Origin: Fimicolochytrium jonesii
Taxonomy: Eukaryota
Length of the DNA: 64,000 nucleotides
Reading direction: 5' to 3'
Assembly (NCBI RefSeq): GCF_025526975.1
Contig: NW_026515699.1
Span: 186,001-250,000 of the forward strand
Position numbers and translations under genes: made by a program. The notes below the pieces were generated by a model, which worked only from the letters and a program-made list of their open reading frames with translations, was not told where the DNA came from and did not search any database. Below, piece after piece: positions 60,265 through 64,000 of the stretch (its first letter is position 1; each line of letters begins with the position of its first letter).

Positions 60265-61657
60265 ATGTCACTCCTCACCCGCCCCCGTACCGCAAGCATA
60301 ACCGGCCGGTGTCTGTCCTCCCTGACCGCCTCGATACCCAAGTTGCGAACACCCGTGAGGTCGCTGGCGACCCTGGACCGCAACCCCATTACTCAACGAC
60401 AATCAACCACTGCACCAACTGCACCTCCTCAGGGAGCTCATGCTACGGCCCGTTATGAGGTGCAAGTGTCGCCTGCGGAGAAACACGCGACGGGCGCTCT
60501 GAGGACGGACTGGACGAAGGAGGAGGTGCAGGAGATTTTTGATAGCCCTTTGTTGGAGTTGTTGTTTCATGCGGTACGTGTGAGGGATTGTTCGATGGGT
60601 GGCTTCTGGGATTTATCTGCACCGAGAATGGGATGGTATTTGCGAGGGCATTTACTCACCGGCTTCCATTATCTCACAGGCACGAGTGCACCGTATGCAT
60701 CACGACCCTCGCCGAGTCCAGCAGTGCACACTCCTGAGCATCAAAACTGGCGGTTGTTCCGAAGACTGCTCCTACTGCCCGCAATCCTCGCGCTACAGCA
60801 CTGAAGTCAAAGCCTCCAAGCTCCTCAAAGAAGACGTAGTTCTTGGAGCAGCGCGCAAAGCTAAAGAAGCCGGCAGCTCCCGCTTCTGCATGGGCGCCGC
60901 CTGGCGCGACCTGCACGGCCGCAAGACCAACTTCTCCACGATCCTCGACTACGTGCGCGAAATCCGCTCCATGGATATGGAAGTCTGCTGCACACTCGGC
61001 ATGCTGACCCCTACTCAGGCCGCTCAGCTCAAAGAAGCTGGTCTGACCGCCTACAACCACAACCTCGACACCTCCCGCGAACACTACCCCAAAATCATCA
61101 CCACCCGCTCCTACGACGACCGCCTCGCGACCCTCGCCGCCGTGCGCGACGCCGGAATCTCCGTCTGCTCCGGCGGCATCATCGGCCTCGGCGAATCCGA
61201 AACAGATCGTATCTCCCTCCTCCACACCCTCGCCACCCTCCCCACCCACCCGGAATCCGTCCCCGTCAACGCCCTCCTCGCCGTGAAAGGCACCCCGCTC
61301 GAAAACAACACCCCGGTGGATATCTTCGAAATGATCCGCATGATCGCCACCGCCCGCATCATCATGCCCCAATCCATGGTCCGTCTCTCCGCCGGCCGCG
61401 TCCGCTTTAGCGTGCAGGAACAGGCCATGTGCTTCATGGCGGGCGCCAACTCGATCTTCACGGGCGATAAATTGTTGACAACGCCCAATAATGTGTTTTC
61501 GGACGATCAGGTTATGTTTGAGAAGCTGGGGTTGGTACCCAAACGCGCCAACTTTGAGCAGGGGAGGACGATGCATACTGTTGACGAGGAGGCGTTCTTG
61601 GATGTTGGAAGTGAGGCGGGGAAGAAGACGAAGGGCGAGTTGGTTATTGAGGGGTGA
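60265..61657 (+). CDS. BIO2: Biotin synthase, mitochondrial (intron 60574-60680)
   Basis: [23 protein letters not shown] radical-SAM motif, [35 protein letters not shown]. Confidence 0.97.
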
Positions 61658-62893
61658 AGGATGGGACGAAATGTGTTTGCTTTTGGCTACTCTGGTGTTC
61701 TTAGCATAGATCAGCTTTCCACAATCACCGAGATGACCCATAGATAGATGACCGACGGGGTGGTTTTCTTACTCTCATTCCGTTTCCGACATCACCACTA
61801 TCGTCTTTGTGCATTACCTTTGCCTTTCGTGCCCCTTTCTCTCTGTATCAGCTTTTTCTGTATATATCACCAAAACCCATCCATATACAATCTAACCGCT
61901 GTCAGTTAGCCTGACCCTGTCATTTTCATTTCCACCGCTGAGGTTTCCGGACTTTTATGACCGGTCGGAGACAGTCTAGATATCACTCGTAGCGACACGC
62001 AAGCGCTTTCATCGTATGATATCCTGCGAACAATAATGCCCCAGTGCAGCCCCACATTAGGGTGTCCCGCACCTTCGTACGATCTCAACGATCGATCCAA
62101 GACTCGAGAGAAATGCATATGTTGCGGTTACCCCGCGGACTTGATGTCAACGCGTCCATAAATCAGGTTTTCTGCACATGCATGTGCGGCCGCAGCCACC
62201 CTTCAAATTCACAACCATGAACGGCGATACGCACGACGGACATGCCGGAGGCCGGAGGGGAGGGATGAACGGTAGAAAAGCAGCGCGTATCATGAACGTT
62301 ACTATGAGTTACTCGAAGGCCGGGTGGCGAGGTCCAGAGAACCAGACCCATGGATGTCATGCCCGCAGAAATGTCTCGCAGCGAGTTTTTTTCATGCCAG
62401 AACCGGAGGCTAATTTGGGCCCCTCGGTTTGAGTGATGAACGGTCAAAGACGCTCAGGCTACCGCATAATGAAAGTCCATGCAGGCCGATGCGTGTGACT
62501 TGTGACAGCGGCCATAATAATAATATCCCTTGCATGCCTGGCTAGTACAGTACCTACTACCATACACCCAGCATCAGCGGTCGGCAGCTCCTCATATGAG
62601 GTGGGAGACTCTTGACGCTAACTCAGGCGATCGCGCGTAGTATCCTTAAGTAGTACGACGGAAGTTACATATGGTGGGAAAGCCCTGTCTGCGTGTCGGA
62701 TCGTAAGGTTTTCCATATGGCTTTCTCGCCCTAGTGCTCCTACCTCCGACTCCTCCACAACAACCATCCCCCTTGTTTCTCACCCTACTTTCTCTCACGT
62801 ACATATATGCAGAGGACCCACGGGACCTACTCCACCCACCCGCCTCAACCAGGGTTCTGGCTCTGGTGATATCTCATTTCATACGTAGTCGAA

Positions 62894-64000
62894 ATGGCTG
62901 GCCAGCAGCAACTTCCAAACCACTACTCAATGCAATACGGCACCGACAATGGCGGTAGCGGCCAGCGATTCTACTCCTCCACCGGCCCCGCAGTGCAGCA
63001 CTCCAACACCACCACAACAACAACGAACCACCCACCGAGAGACGACCCACTCTCAGACGTTCTCTACTCAACCCTCCACACCGTGCATTCGAACGTTATG
63101 GCAGGCACCGGTCTACCCACCGCGCAGCTCGACACCCTCCTCAGCGTCGTCCACGAGTATAGGAAGGCAAAGGACAGCGAGCGAGCGGCTACAGAGAACG
63201 AATTACGGCTGAGGGAGATGGACTTGCAGTTGGAGATGTTGAGAGCAACGGCCCGTGCTGACGCTGGTATGAGCATGTTGGCGCCAACGCCAGAAGGGGC
63301 TGGGTTGGATATGGGGATGGGATATGTGGGCTTTTTGGGTGAGCAGGGTGCGAATCAGCATCTTGGGGAGGGTATGCATCAACAGCCGCGGCAGGAGATG
63401 CATCAGAATAGTCAGTACCAATCGTTGTGGTCGCCTGCTCCACAACAGCCTCAACCGCAGGCGCCACCCTTTTACCACGGCAACCAGACGGCAATGTTCC
63501 AACACTCGCTTTCACTTGGGGCTTACGAGCTGCCTCCTGTTGTGCCCTCTCACGCTGAGGTGGCCGGCAGCCTTCCGGATCATTATCACGTATCTCATCA
63601 ACAGCATCAACAGCAACAGTCACGACAACAGTTGAGGACAGAGATGCCTGCTTCACCACAACACCCATCACCCATGTCCGCTTCAAGCACTTTCACCAGC
63701 GCCCTTGCAGCTACGCCGCCTTCTGCGCATTTTGACGGCGAAGCCGAAGGGCTGTACAACTGGCAGACGCAGTCTATGCAGGCACATATGCAGCCACAGC
63801 CGCAGATGCAGATGCATAAGCACATCAACGTCCCGCCCTTCCATCCGGACCCACAGCTCTATGAGCAACAGGAGCAACAGCGTCAGGCACAACAGCGGCA
63901 GCAACAGAAGCAGCAGCAGGAACAACAACAGGAGCGGCACGATCTTCAGCGGGATTCGGCGGGCCTGTACTGGAACGGGTCGATGGATGTCGGTGCGCAG
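62894..64000 (+). CDS. Q/H-rich hypothetical protein, open to the window end (missing from the ORF track)
   Basis: Frame from MAGQQQLPNHYSMQYG has no stop for 369 codons; coiled-coil-like ENELRLREMDLQLEML and poly-Q tracts. Confidence 0.7.
   Translation, partial: MAGQQQLPNHYSMQYGTDNGGSGQRFYSSTGPAVQHSNTTTTTTNHPPRDDPLSDVLYSTLHTVHSNVMAGTGLPTAQLDTLLSVVHEYRKAKDSERAATENELRLREMDLQLEMLRATARADAGMSMLAPTPEGAGLDMGMGYVGFLGEQGANQHLGEGMHQQPRQEMHQNSQYQSLWSPAPQQPQPQAPPFYHGNQTAMFQHSLSLGAYELPPVVPSHAEVAGSLPDHYHVSHQQHQQQQSRQQLRTEMPASPQHPSPMSASSTFTSALAATPPSAHFDGEAEGLYNWQTQSMQAHMQPQPQMQMHKHINVPPFHPDPQLYEQQEQQRQAQQRQQQKQQQEQQQERHDLQRDSAGLYWNGSMDVGAQ

Overview
Gene-dense, intron-rich eukaryotic DNA with short GT-AG introns and CTRAC-like branch points, most consistent with an early-diverging fungus (probably a chytrid; inference). 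Recognisable genes: METTL16 (partial), NF-YB/HAP3, thioredoxin, a 4E-T/EIF4ENIF1-like eIF4E-binding protein, TAF4, arginine-type CPS large subunit, PRP17/CDC40, WBP2-like, a HAD hydrolase, an RGS-C1-HR1-RA-DH-PH RhoGEF, a SMYD methyltransferase, ITPA/HAM1, a REEP/HVA22 protein, a stand-alone RNase H protein, an aquaporin and biotin synthase, plus pseudogenes (RPF2 fragment, two F-box relics). The most unusual part is the gene-poor interval ~18.6-29.9 kb. It holds two minus-strand, apparently non-coding units (TATA box, pyrimidine-rich leader, tandem array of structured repeats, poly(A)-type signal). The second unit (26956-29857) is flanked by a 6-bp direct repeat. It carries five copies of a ~70-nt RNA-like motif with UNCG tetraloops and a pseudoknot that covaries between copies, and it matches no ribozyme or riboswitch consensus I can recall. 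Exon boundaries were read by eye, and all family calls come from remembered motifs, not database searches.
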